A stretch of DNA of 48,900 bases from an uncultured Bifidobacterium sp. (GTDB lineage: Bacteria > Actinomycetota > Thermoleophilia > Miltoncostaeales > Miltoncostaeaceae): contig CAZIQQ010000001.1 in NCBI GenBank assembly GCA_964541555.1, positions 9,224-58,123 on the forward strand, written 5' to 3'. Below, piece by piece: positions 1-8,987 of the stretch; positions within the stretch are counted from its first letter, which is position 1, and every line of letters begins with the position of its first letter. The translations under genes and the position numbers were made by a program. The notes below the pieces were generated by a model. That model saw nothing but the letters and a program-made list of their open reading frames with translations. It had not been told where the DNA came from and did no database searches.

Positions 1-394
1 CCACCACGTGCGCGTTGGTGAGGATGTGCCCCTTCCGGTCGATCACGAAGCCCGATCCGAACCCGCCGCCGCCGCTTCCGTCGCTCACCGCCACCAGCAC
101 CACGGCGGGCGATTCGCGCTTCACGAGTTCGGCCACCGACAGGGCGGGCGCCCCGCCCCCGGACGTCGCCTGTCCCTCGGCCTCTGCGGCGGCCACCGAT
201 GCGTTGGGGGCGCTGGCCACCATGGTGCCCGCCGATTCGCGGATGATCGTGGTGCCGCCGCCGAAGCCCACGGTGGCGCCCACCACTCCCAGCGCCACGC
301 CGGCGCCGATCACGGCGGGCAGGGCGAGGGCCGCGATGCGGCGTGCGGGCGAGGGGCGCGGGGGCGGGTCGGGGGTGATGCGGTCGTTGTCCAT
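1..394 (-). CDS. HtrA/DegP-like (S1C) serine protease, N-terminal fragment; gene continues past the left edge
   Basis: My own minus-strand translation from the ATG at 394-392 gives MDNDRITPDPPPRPSPARRIAALALPAVIGAGVALGVVGATVGF (TM anchor) ... GSGFVIDRKGHILTNAHVV, which is the His-box region of HtrA-type proteases. It is absent from the ORF track because it is open at the window edge. Confidence 0.75.
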   Translation of the reverse strand, partial: MDNDRITPDPPPRPSPARRIAALALPAVIGAGVALGVVGATVGFGGGTTIIRESAGTMVASAPNASVAAAEAEGQATSGGGAPALSVAELVKRESPAVVLVAVSDGSGGGGFGSGFVIDRKGHILTNAHVV

Positions 395-403
395 GCGCAC
401 TTT

Positions 404-441
404 GTACCGCGTGATCTTTAGGGCCGCGTTAGGACCGGTAC
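404..441. promoter_or_regulatory. Candidate response-regulator operator in the divergent intergenic region: direct repeat TTAGG-N6-TTAGG flanked by inverted GTACC/GGTAC
   Basis: TTAGG occurs at 418-422 and 429-433, an 11-bp period. GTACC at 404-408 and GGTAC at 437-441 form an inverted pair around it. The site lies between the htrA-like start (394) and the RR start (451). Confidence 0.3.
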
Positions 442-450
442 CATCGCCGC

Positions 451-1149
451 ATGGCCGAGCGCGTACTCGTGGTCGATGACGAGAAGTCCATCCGGAGGGT
501 CGTGGAGTACGCCCTCGAGGAGGGTGGCTTCGAGGTGCTCTCCGCCGGGCGCGGCGACGACGCCCTGGAGATCATCGAGAAGGAGCCCGTCGACCTGGTG
601 GTGCTCGACCTCATGCTGCCGGGCATCGACGGCATCGAGGTATGCCGCCGCATCCGCGCCACGCGCAACGTGCCCATCATCATGCTGTCGGCCCGCGATG
701 ACGAGGTCGACAAGGTGCTCGGGCTCGAGATGGGCGCTGACGACTACGTGACCAAGCCGTTCTCGCCGCGCGAGCTGGTGTCCCGCGTGAAGGCCAACCT
801 CCGTCGCGCCCGCGTGGTTCCGGTGCAGGAGGACCCCGTCCGGGTGGGCGACATCGAGGTCGACCCGGCCGCCCGCACGGTCACGCGCGACGGCGAGGAC
901 ATCCCGCTCACGTTCTCGGAGTTCGAGATCCTCCTCAAGCTGATGAAGTCGCCCCGCCGCGTCTTCACGCGCGAGGAGCTCATGGACCACCTGTGGAACG
1001 GGTCGTTCTACGGCGATCTCCGAAGCGTCGACGTCCACGTGCGCCACCTGCGCCAGAAGGTCGAGCGCGACCCCGCGAACCCGGTGCTCATCCGCACGGT
1101 CCGCGGGGTCGGCTACGCGCTCGGGCGGGAGGACGGGGCACCCGAGTGA
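451..1149 (+). CDS. OmpR/PhoB-family response regulator
   Basis: 232-aa ORF. The receiver domain begins MAERVLVVDDEKSIRRVV and contains LVVLDLMLPGIDG. The C-terminal winged-helix region reads LTFSEFEILLKLM...IRTVRGVGY. Confidence 0.93.
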   Translation: MAERVLVVDDEKSIRRVVEYALEEGGFEVLSAGRGDDALEIIEKEPVDLVVLDLMLPGIDGIEVCRRIRATRNVPIIMLSARDDEVDKVLGLEMGADDYVTKPFSPRELVSRVKANLRRARVVPVQEDPVRVGDIEVDPAARTVTRDGEDIPLTFSEFEILLKLMKSPRRVFTREELMDHLWNGSFYGDLRSVDVHVRHLRQKVERDPANPVLIRTVRGVGYALGREDGAPE

Positions 1150-2942
1150 GTCGCCCCAGGGGCAGGACCGGGCTGCAGACCTGGCTCATCGGCTCCTTCA
1201 TCACGCTGGGCGTGGCGGCAAGCCTGCTGATGTTCCTGGTGCTGCTGCCGACACTCGAGGGCAGCATCGTGACCGGCGCCACCGAGCGCACCTCGCAGGC
1301 CACCGTGGGCGTGCTCGAGGACCTCTCCGAGGTACCCGGAGCCGGGTACGGGCTCACCGACGCCGAGGGCGACGCCTACGTGCGGCGCCTGGCGTCTGAG
1401 GCGCGCGGCGCCGCCCGGTACCTGGACATCGCCACCGGCTGGCACGGCGCCGACCTCTCGGCCGCACCCGGGGCGTTCCCCGCCGATGAGCTCACGCCCG
1501 AGGGCGACCTGGCCGACAAGTCGTTCTCGGCCGACCCGGTGCGGGTGCGGGTGGCCGAGGGCCCGGAGAACCAGCGCACGGTCTTCTCGGCGGTGCGGGT
1601 GACACAGGGCGGCAACGTGGTGGGCATCGCCGAGGTCGCGGTGCCCGTGCCACCGCCCACGGCCGAGATCGGCGCGCTGCAGCGCCGCGTGCTCTTCGCG
1701 GTCATCATGGTGCTGCTCCTGGCCACCGCCGGGGGCATCGTGATGTCGCGCATCCTCGGCCGGCGCATCGGAAGGGTGGCCAGCACCGCCGCCAGCCTGT
1801 CGGCGGGCGACCTCTCGGCCCGCGCCCCGGAGATGTCCCCCCGCGAGGTCGCCACCCTGGCCGGCGGGCTCAACCGCATGGCCGAGCGGGTGCAGGACCT
1901 CATCGGCACCGTCACGGGCGAACGCGACCGTGCCCGCACGCTCGTGGCAGGCCTCGCCGAGGGCGTGCTGCTCATCGACCCCGACGACCAGGTGGTGGTG
2001 GCCAACGACGCCGCCGTGCGCATGACCGGGCTGGGCCCGGGTGGGCAGGCGATGCGCGGCGACCTCGACCCGGTGCTGGCCGACCTCGTGGCGCGCGCCC
2101 GGTCCGATGGCGCGCCCGTGGACGAGGCCGAGATCACCACCCCCGGGGGCGGCGCGCTCGCGGTGGGCGCGGTGGCGCTTTCCGAGCCCACGGGCGCGGT
2201 GGTGCTGACCTTCCGCGACGTCACGCAGGAGCGCGCGCTTGCCCGTACCCGCCGCGATCTCGTGGCGAACGTGTCGCACGAGCTGAAGACCCCCGTGGCG
2301 GCCATCAGGGGATTCCTCGAGTTGATGGAGGACGACTCGATGCCCCCGGAGGCCCGCCGCGAGTTCGTGGGCCTGATGAGCGCCGAGGCCGCGCGCCTGC
2401 AGCGCCTGGTCGACGAGCAGCTGCAGCTGGCGCGCCTCGATGCCGGTGCGCTGCCCATGAGGGTCGAGGGAATCGACCTGGCGGCGGTGGTGCGCGCGGC
2501 CGCGCGGCCCCGCGCGGTGCTGGCCGAGCGCGAGGGCGTGTCGCTCGAGGTGCAGGCGCCATCGCCCGTTCCCATGGACGGTGACCCCGAGCGCCTCGAG
2601 CAGCTGCTGCTGATCCTCCTCGACAACGCGGCCCGCCACACCCCGGCGGGCGGTTCGATCACGGTGGAGGCCCACGTGGAGGGCGGGGACGCCGTGATGT
2701 CGGTGGCCGACACCGGCGAGGGCATACCCCCCGAGGCCATCGACAGCGTGTTCGACCGCTTCTACCGGGCCGACGCCGCCCGCCAGCGCGACGACCGCCA
2801 GGGCGCCGGACTGGGGCTGGCCATCGCGAGGGGTCTCGCGCATGCGCACGGCGGCGACATCTCCGTGGCATCGCGTCCCGGGGATGGCACGGTCTTCACG
2901 GTGCGGCTGCCGCGCGACGCAGGGGTAGTCTCACCCGCATGA
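1146..2942 (+). CDS. Sensor histidine kinase (TM-sensor-TM, HAMP, PAS-like, HisKA, HATPase)
   Basis: In-frame GTG at 1146 overlaps the RR stop (GTGA). H-box VSHELKTPVAAIRGF, N-box LLDNAARHT, G-box VADTGEGIP and GAGLGLAI. The part of the 993 ORF upstream of 1146 overlaps the RR gene and is Arg/Pro-rich junk. Confidence 0.9.
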   Translation: MSRPRGRTGLQTWLIGSFITLGVAASLLMFLVLLPTLEGSIVTGATERTSQATVGVLEDLSEVPGAGYGLTDAEGDAYVRRLASEARGAARYLDIATGWHGADLSAAPGAFPADELTPEGDLADKSFSADPVRVRVAEGPENQRTVFSAVRVTQGGNVVGIAEVAVPVPPPTAEIGALQRRVLFAVIMVLLLATAGGIVMSRILGRRIGRVASTAASLSAGDLSARAPEMSPREVATLAGGLNRMAERVQDLIGTVTGERDRARTLVAGLAEGVLLIDPDDQVVVANDAAVRMTGLGPGGQAMRGDLDPVLADLVARARSDGAPVDEAEITTPGGGALAVGAVALSEPTGAVVLTFRDVTQERALARTRRDLVANVSHELKTPVAAIRGFLELMEDDSMPPEARREFVGLMSAEAARLQRLVDEQLQLARLDAGALPMRVEGIDLAAVVRAAARPRAVLAEREGVSLEVQAPSPVPMDGDPERLEQLLLILLDNAARHTPAGGSITVEAHVEGGDAVMSVADTGEGIPPEAIDSVFDRFYRADAARQRDDRQGAGLGLAIARGLAHAHGGDISVASRPGDGTVFTVRLPRDAGVVSPA

Positions 2943-3811
2943 CGCAGCCCATCGCACTCGTCACCGGCGCCGGGCGCGGCGTGGGCCGTGCCACTGCCCA
3001 GCGCCTGGCCCGCGGCGGCTACTCGGTGGTGGCCGGCGTGCGCGACATGACCCGCGCACGCGACGACTACGGCGATCAGCCGGGCATCACGCTGGTGCAG
3101 CTCGACGTCACCGTGCCCGACCAGGTGCGGCAGGCCGCCGCCATCGCCACCGACCTCGCCGGGGGCGGGGCCATCGACGTGCTGGTGAACAACGCCGGCT
3201 ACGCGATGATGGGCCCGCAGGAGAACGGCGACCTGCAGGTGGCCCGCGAGATGTTCGAGACCAACGTGTGGGGCGCCGCCGCCATGGTGCAGGCCCTCGC
3301 GCCGGCCATGCGCACGGCACGCAGGGGCACCATCGTCACCGTGTCGTCCATCGGCGCGCGGCTGTCCAACCCGCTTGTCGGCTTCTACCACGCGTCGAAG
3401 TACGCCCTCAGCGCGCTGTCGGAGGCCCTGTCGGTGGAGATGGCGCCATTCGGCGTGCGCGTGGTGATGATCGAGCCCGGGATGATCGACACCGACTTCC
3501 CCAGCGCCACGCGCCTCACCGGTGACGTCACCGACCCCGACTCCCCGTACGCCCCGCTCTTCGCCGATCTCCGTGCGGGCTTCGGCACGTGGCGCGAGCG
3601 GCCCGACGCCAGCACCGGCGAATCGTGCGCCGAGGCCATCTGGGATGCCATTCACGCCGACCCCCCGCCCATTCGCGTGGTGGTGGGCGACGACGCCGCC
3701 GAGCTCGACCGGGCAATCCGCACGTCGGCCGACGATGCGGAGTTCCAGGAGCGCCTGCGCGGCTTCCTGCAGCTCGACTGGGCCCCTGCGCCCCCGGCCG
3801 GGCGCGACTGA
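2939..3811 (+). CDS. Short-chain dehydrogenase/reductase (SDR)
   Basis: TGAGRGVG Rossmann motif, NNAG, and a catalytic YHASK motif. Its ATG overlaps the kinase stop (ATGA at 2939-2942). Confidence 0.88.
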   Translation: MTQPIALVTGAGRGVGRATAQRLARGGYSVVAGVRDMTRARDDYGDQPGITLVQLDVTVPDQVRQAAAIATDLAGGGAIDVLVNNAGYAMMGPQENGDLQVAREMFETNVWGAAAMVQALAPAMRTARRGTIVTVSSIGARLSNPLVGFYHASKYALSALSEALSVEMAPFGVRVVMIEPGMIDTDFPSATRLTGDVTDPDSPYAPLFADLRAGFGTWRERPDASTGESCAEAIWDAIHADPPPIRVVVGDDAAELDRAIRTSADDAEFQERLRGFLQLDWAPAPPAGRD

Positions 3812-4932
3812 TGCGCGTGGTGGTCGCGCCGGCGCCGTTCAAGTCGGCGCTCGGTCCGGCCGACGCGGCGGCGGCGATGGCCGTGGGCGTGCAGTTAGCG
3901 GGTGCCGAGGCCGTGCGGGTTCCCGTGGCCGACGGCGGTGAGGGCACGCTCGACGCCCTGGTGTCGGCCGCGGGTGGACGACTGGTGGAGGCCCCGGCGC
4001 GTGACCCGCTGGGGCGTGCCATCACCGCGCAGTTCGGCCTGCTGCCCGACGGCACGGCGGTGGTGGAACTGGCCCGGGCGTCGGGGTACGAGCTGCTGTC
4101 CGACCACGAGCGCGACCCCGAGGCCACCGGCACGGCGGGCACCGGTGACCTGATGCGGGCCGCGCTGGACGCGGGCTGCACGCGCATCGTCGTGGGCGTG
4201 GGCGGCAGTGCCACCACCGACGGCGGGCTGGGCATCGCCATCGCGCTGGGCGCGCGCGCCCTGGACGACAACGGGGAGGACCTCGCGGGTATCGGCGCGG
4301 CCCTGCTGCGCGTGCGTGCGGTCGACCTCGCGGGCCTCGACCCGCGCATCGCCACCACGCCGATCGAGGTGGCGTGCGACGTCAGCAGCCCGCTCGTGGG
4401 GCCGGAGGGCGCTGCCCGGGTGTTCGGGCCGCAGAAGGGCGCCACCCCCGACGCCGTGGAGCGGCTCGACGAGGGGCTGGCCAACCTCGCCGCGGTGCTG
4501 GCGGCCCAGGGCCTGCCCGACGTCTCTGACGTGCCGCGAGCGGGCGCGGCGGGAGGCGCGGCGGGCGGGATGGCCGCCATGCTGGGCGCCCATCTCACCG
4601 ACGGCGGTGCGTTGGTCACCGCCGCCGCCGGGCTGGCGGCCGCGCTGGAGGGCGCTGATCTGTGCCTCACCGGGGAGGGCCGCCTGGACTCCCAGACCCT
4701 CACGGGCAAGGCGCCCGCCGCGGTGGCGGCCGCGTGTGCCCGGGCGGGCGTGCCCTGCGTAGGGCTCTTCGGGCAGGTGGACGTTCCACCGGGCATCGCG
4801 CGCCGCATGGGGCTGGTGGCCGCCCTGCCCATCGGGCGCGCCGTGCGGCCCCTGCCCGACGCCCTCGCGGCGACGGCCGACGACCTGGCCGCCGCCGCGG
4901 CGTCGGTGGTGGCGCTCAGGGCGCGCGCCTGA
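3811..4932 (+). CDS. glxK: Glycerate kinase
   Basis: An internal ATG at 3811 gives MRVVVAPAPFKSAL...VPVADGGEGTLDAL...GVGGSATTDGG...GEGRLDSQTL, typical of the GlxK/GarK family. The SDR stop TGA (3809-3811) shares one base with this ATG. The N-terminal part of the track ORF (3589-3810) overlaps the SDR and is Arg-rich. Confidence 0.85.
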   Translation: MRVVVAPAPFKSALGPADAAAAMAVGVQLAGAEAVRVPVADGGEGTLDALVSAAGGRLVEAPARDPLGRAITAQFGLLPDGTAVVELARASGYELLSDHERDPEATGTAGTGDLMRAALDAGCTRIVVGVGGSATTDGGLGIAIALGARALDDNGEDLAGIGAALLRVRAVDLAGLDPRIATTPIEVACDVSSPLVGPEGAARVFGPQKGATPDAVERLDEGLANLAAVLAAQGLPDVSDVPRAGAAGGAAGGMAAMLGAHLTDGGALVTAAAGLAAALEGADLCLTGEGRLDSQTLTGKAPAAVAAACARAGVPCVGLFGQVDVPPGIARRMGLVAALPIGRAVRPLPDALAATADDLAAAAASVVALRARA

Positions 4933-4960
4933 CGCACGCACGCTGGTAGGGTCGCCGGTC

Positions 4961-6034
4961 GTGAGCCAGAACCTCAAGGGCCTCGTGCTGTCGGGTGGCG
5001 CCGGCACGCGCCTTCGCCCCATCACCCACACATCCGCCAAGCAGCTGGTGCCGGTGGCCAACAAGCCGGTGCTGTTCTACGGGCTCGAGGCCCTGCGCGA
5101 CGCCGGAATCCGCCAGGTGGGCATCATCATCGGCGACACCGGCGACGAGATCCGCGAGGCCGTGGGCGACGGATCGACCCTTGGCATCGAGGTCACGTTC
5201 ATCCCGCAGTCGGCGCCGCTCGGCCTGGCCCACGCCGTGCTGACCGCCGAGGAGTTCCTGGGCGACGACCCGTTCGTGATGTACCTGGGCGACAACCTGT
5301 TGCGCGACGGCATCACGCCGCTGGTCGAGCAGTTCCGGGCCTCCGACCCCGATGCGATGATCCTGCTGCAGCAGGTATCCAACCCCTCGTCGTACGGCGT
5401 GGCGGTGCTGGACGGCGACCGCGTGGTGAACCTGGAGGAGAAGCCCCGTCAGCCGAAGAGCGACCTGGCGCTGGTGGGGGTGTACATGTTCACCCCGGCC
5501 ATCCTCGACGCCGCGAAGAAGATCGAGCCCTCGCCCCGCGGCGAGCTGGAGATCACCGACGCCATCCAGTACCTGATCGACCAGGGCATGCGGGTGGAAC
5601 CCCACGTGGTGACCGGCTGGTGGAAGGACACCGGCAAGGTCGAGGACATGCTCGAGGCCAACCAGCTCATCCTCGACGTCATCGAGCCGCGCATGGACGG
5701 CGAGCTGGTGGACAGCGACATCGAGGGCCGCGTCATCGTGGAGAAGGGCGCGCGGCTGGTGAACAGCCACGTGCGCGGCCCGGCGGTGATCGGACGCGAC
5801 TCTCTGGTCGAGAACGCCTACATCGGCCCGTACTCCTCGATCTCCACCGGATGCGTGGTGCGCCGCGCCGAGATCGAGCACTCGATCCTGCTCGAGCGCG
5901 TGCACGTGGAGGACCTCGACGCGCGCGTGGAGAGCAGCCTCATCGGCCGTGACGTCACGATCTCGCGCACCGACGCCAAGCCCCGCGCCTACCGGTTCGT
6001 GCTGGGCGACTCGTCGGTGATCGGCCTCACCTGA
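4961..6034 (+). CDS. rmlA: Glucose-1-phosphate thymidylyltransferase, long form with C-terminal left-handed beta-helix
   Basis: GLVLSGGAGTRLRPITHTSAKQLVPVANKP nucleotidyltransferase signature. The C-terminal half carries hexapeptide repeats. Confidence 0.88.
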   Translation: MSQNLKGLVLSGGAGTRLRPITHTSAKQLVPVANKPVLFYGLEALRDAGIRQVGIIIGDTGDEIREAVGDGSTLGIEVTFIPQSAPLGLAHAVLTAEEFLGDDPFVMYLGDNLLRDGITPLVEQFRASDPDAMILLQQVSNPSSYGVAVLDGDRVVNLEEKPRQPKSDLALVGVYMFTPAILDAAKKIEPSPRGELEITDAIQYLIDQGMRVEPHVVTGWWKDTGKVEDMLEANQLILDVIEPRMDGELVDSDIEGRVIVEKGARLVNSHVRGPAVIGRDSLVENAYIGPYSSISTGCVVRRAEIEHSILLERVHVEDLDARVESSLIGRDVTISRTDAKPRAYRFVLGDSSVIGLT

Positions 6035-6038
6035 GGGC

Positions 6039-6875
6039 GTGGCGGTGAGGGCGCTCGTCATCGGGCATCGCGGCATGCTCGGCACCGACCTGATGGCCCA
6101 CCTGGCGGAGGAGGGCCACGACGCCGTGGGGCTCGACCTGCCCGAGATCGACATCACCGATCGCCGCCAGGCGATGCGCCGGGTGTCGGAGGCCGCGCCC
6201 GACGTGGTGTTCCATCTTGCGGCGTGGACTGACGTGGACGGGGCCGAGGAGCACGAGGAGCAGGCGCTGGTGGTGAACGGCGAGGGCACGCGCAACGTGG
6301 CCATCGCCGCCCGCGACGCCGGCGCCGCGCTGGTGGCCGTGAGCACCGACTACGTGTTCCCCGGCACGGGGGGTCCGTACCAGGAGGACTCCGCCACCGA
6401 TCCCATCCAGGCATACGGCCGCACCAAGCTGGCCGGCGAGCGCCTGGCCGAGCTGGAGTACCCCGAGGGCACGCGCATCGCGCGCACCGCGTGGCTGTAT
6501 GGCGCCCACGGCAGGAACTTCGTCGACACCATGATCGGCCTGGCCGAGGGGCGTGACCACGTGGACGTGGTGGCCGACCAGGAGGGGTGCCCCACCTGGA
6601 CCCGCGATCTCTGCCCGGCGCTGGTCGAGGTGGCCACGCTGCCGCCCGGCGTGTACCACACCGCCGGAGGGGGCAGCACCACGTGGGCGGGGTTCGCCCG
6701 TGAGGCCTTCCGACTGGCGGGCGTGCAGTGCGAGGTGCGCGACACCACGACCGAGGCCTTCGCGCGCCCCGCGCCCCGCCCGGCGGTGAGCGTGCTCGAG
6801 GTGACCCAGGAGGGAGCTCCGCGGCTGCGCGCGTGGGAGGATGCCCTGGCCGACTACGTCAGGGAGCGATCGTGA
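6039..6875 (+). CDS. rmlD: dTDP-4-dehydrorhamnose reductase
   Basis: VIGHRGMLG Rossmann N-terminus, VSTDYVF, YGRTKLAGE (YxxxK). It sits between rmlA and rmlB. An alternative GTG start lies at 6045. Confidence 0.85.
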   Translation: MAVRALVIGHRGMLGTDLMAHLAEEGHDAVGLDLPEIDITDRRQAMRRVSEAAPDVVFHLAAWTDVDGAEEHEEQALVVNGEGTRNVAIAARDAGAALVAVSTDYVFPGTGGPYQEDSATDPIQAYGRTKLAGERLAELEYPEGTRIARTAWLYGAHGRNFVDTMIGLAEGRDHVDVVADQEGCPTWTRDLCPALVEVATLPPGVYHTAGGGSTTWAGFAREAFRLAGVQCEVRDTTTEAFARPAPRPAVSVLEVTQEGAPRLRAWEDALADYVRERS

Positions 6876-7870
6876 AGGTCCTCGTCACAGGCGGTTGCGG
6901 GTTCATCGGGTCCGAGGTGCTGCGCGTGGCCATCGGGCACGGCCACGATGTCGTGAACCTGGACAAGCTCACGTACGCCGGCAACACGGCGAACGTGGCC
7001 GAGCTCATGGGCGACCCGCGGTACTCGTTCATCCACGGCGACATCGCCGACCCCGAGGTGGCCGCGCGCGCGGTGGACGGCTGCGAGGTGGTCATCAACC
7101 TGGCCGCCGAGAGCCACGTGGACCGATCGCTGCACAACCCCACCGAGTTCATCGAGACCGACGTGGTGGGCACCGCCACGCTCATCATGGCGGCGCGAAA
7201 GGCCGGCGTGCGCCGGTTCGTGCAGGTGAGCACCGACGAGGTGTACGGGTCGATCCCCACCGGCGCGTTCCGCGAGGACGACCCCATCCGTCCCTCGTCG
7301 CCCTACTCGGCCAGCAAGGCGGGCGGCGACCTGCAGGCCCTGGCGATCCACCACACCTTCGGGTACGACATCGTCATCACGCGCGGGTCGAACACCTATG
7401 GCCCCCGCCAGTACCCCGAGAAGCTCGTACCGCTGTTCATCACCAACGCCCTCGACGGCCTGCCGCTGCCCGTGTACGGCGACGGCCAGCAGGTGCGCGA
7501 CTGGATCCACGTGCGCGACCACGCAGAGGGCATCTGGTTCGCCATGGAGAACGGCGAGGCCGGCCAGGTGTACAACGTGGGCGGCGGGAACGAGTGGCCG
7601 AACCTGGAGATCACCCGGCGCATCCTCGCCCACACCGGAGCCTCGGACGATCTCATCACCTACGTCGAGGACCGTCCCGGCCACGACCGCCGCTACGCGC
7701 TGGACACCTCGAAGATGCGCGCCATGGGGTGGTCGCCGCAGGTGGACTTCGACGCGGGGCTCGCGTCGACGGTCGAGTGGTACCGCGACGGCCGTCCCTG
7801 GTGGGAGCCCATCAAGAGCGGTGAGTACGCCGAGTGGTACTCGAAGAACTACGCCGGGCGCACCTCCTAG
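6872..7870 (+). CDS. rmlB: dTDP-glucose 4,6-dehydratase
   Basis: A GTG at 6872 (GTGA overlap with the rmlD stop) gives VKVLVTGGCGFIGSEV..., with YSASKAGGD and a typical RmlB C-terminus. The track ORF start at 6728 overlaps rmlD. Confidence 0.92.
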   Translation: MKVLVTGGCGFIGSEVLRVAIGHGHDVVNLDKLTYAGNTANVAELMGDPRYSFIHGDIADPEVAARAVDGCEVVINLAAESHVDRSLHNPTEFIETDVVGTATLIMAARKAGVRRFVQVSTDEVYGSIPTGAFREDDPIRPSSPYSASKAGGDLQALAIHHTFGYDIVITRGSNTYGPRQYPEKLVPLFITNALDGLPLPVYGDGQQVRDWIHVRDHAEGIWFAMENGEAGQVYNVGGGNEWPNLEITRRILAHTGASDDLITYVEDRPGHDRRYALDTSKMRAMGWSPQVDFDAGLASTVEWYRDGRPWWEPIKSGEYAEWYSKNYAGRTS

Positions 7871-7877
7871 CGCGCGC

Positions 7878-8966
7878 CTACCGGATGCGCAGGCGGGTGG
7901 GGTAGGTCGACCAGTACCGCATGCCGGTGGTGGCATCGCGGATCTGGGCGAACACGGTGAGCACCGAGCCGCGGCGGTGCTCGTGGCGGTGCTCCACCGC
8001 GTAGGCCCCGCAGCGCGACCTCATGATGCGCGATCGGGCCCTCGAGTAGTGCCAGGCGCCACCCGATTGGGCGGAGCGGAAGCCGGTGACCACCCTGTGG
8101 CCCACGCCGCCCGATTGGCACCACCTCATGGTGAGCCGGGTCCACCGGGTGCCGGCGATCTGCCTGGCGGTGAGGGACGTGACCTCGGGCAGGCTGACCC
8201 GGGGGTCGCCGCCCGAGCGAACCCAGTCGATCCACGTGCTGTAGGTGCCCACGTGGGTGTAGGCGGTGGGCGCGGAGTTGTCGCAGCCCTCCGGACCGAA
8301 CGAGACGATCCCGATCAGGATGCCCTGGTTCTCGAGCGGCCCACCGCTGTCGCCCCAGCAGGCTGCCGCCTCGTTGGTGAAGGGCATGGTGCCGCAGATG
8401 GTGCCCCATGGCGCGCCCAGCGACCTGCACTGCGCAGGCGTGGATACCGAGATGAGCCCGGTCAGCAGGGTGTCGCTGCCGGTGGGCGCCTGCACGGTGG
8501 CGCCCCAGCCCGATACCCACCCGGTTCCCGCATACGAGGCCCGCGGCCCGCGCTGGTAGCGCTCCTCTGCCGGGCTGATCGATGCCGGCACGGGGCGCGT
8601 GAGGTGCACGAGCGCCAGGTCGTGGCCCCACCTGCGCGGGTCGTAGAGGGGGTATTCGGCGATGGCGTCGATGGCGTAGCGGTCACCCGGCGTGATGGTG
8701 GACAACTGCGTGCGGCCCACGGCCACGTCGACCTGATCCGGCCTCGCCCCGTGCACGCAATGCGCCGCGGTCAGAACCCACTGCGGGTCGAGCAGCGTGC
8801 CCGTGCAGTACTGCCCCGCCCGGGCACCTTCGGCGCCGACCTCGAGCAGGGCCACCACGTGGTCGCCGGTGCCCGCGTCGGCCGGGGTGCCCCCGACCAC
8901 CGCCCAGCCGCCGCCGGCCGGCCACAGTGCCAGCACCCCCGCCAGCACTGCGAGAAGGCGCCACAT
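7878..8966 (-). CDS. Secreted trypsin-like (S1A) serine protease with an uncharacterised basic C-terminal domain
   Basis: Signal peptide MWRLLAVLAGVLALWPAGG, mature VVGG start, and catalytic triad motifs TAAHC, HDLAL and GDSGGP. About 115 C-terminal residues follow the protease fold. Confidence 0.85.
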   Translation of the reverse strand: MWRLLAVLAGVLALWPAGGGWAVVGGTPADAGTGDHVVALLEVGAEGARAGQYCTGTLLDPQWVLTAAHCVHGARPDQVDVAVGRTQLSTITPGDRYAIDAIAEYPLYDPRRWGHDLALVHLTRPVPASISPAEERYQRGPRASYAGTGWVSGWGATVQAPTGSDTLLTGLISVSTPAQCRSLGAPWGTICGTMPFTNEAAACWGDSGGPLENQGILIGIVSFGPEGCDNSAPTAYTHVGTYSTWIDWVRSGGDPRVSLPEVTSLTARQIAGTRWTRLTMRWCQSGGVGHRVVTGFRSAQSGGAWHYSRARSRIMRSRCGAYAVEHRHEHRRGSVLTVFAQIRDATTGMRYWSTYPTRLRIR

Positions 8967-8987
8967 GCGGGTGACGCTAACAGCGGA

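Noticed and set aside
4933-7870. Expected rmlC (dTDP-4-dehydrorhamnose 3,5-epimerase) within the rml cluster
   Set aside because: rmlA, rmlD and rmlB are packed with 4-nt gaps or overlaps, and no cupin-like ORF fits between or beside them. rmlC must lie elsewhere, if it is present at all.
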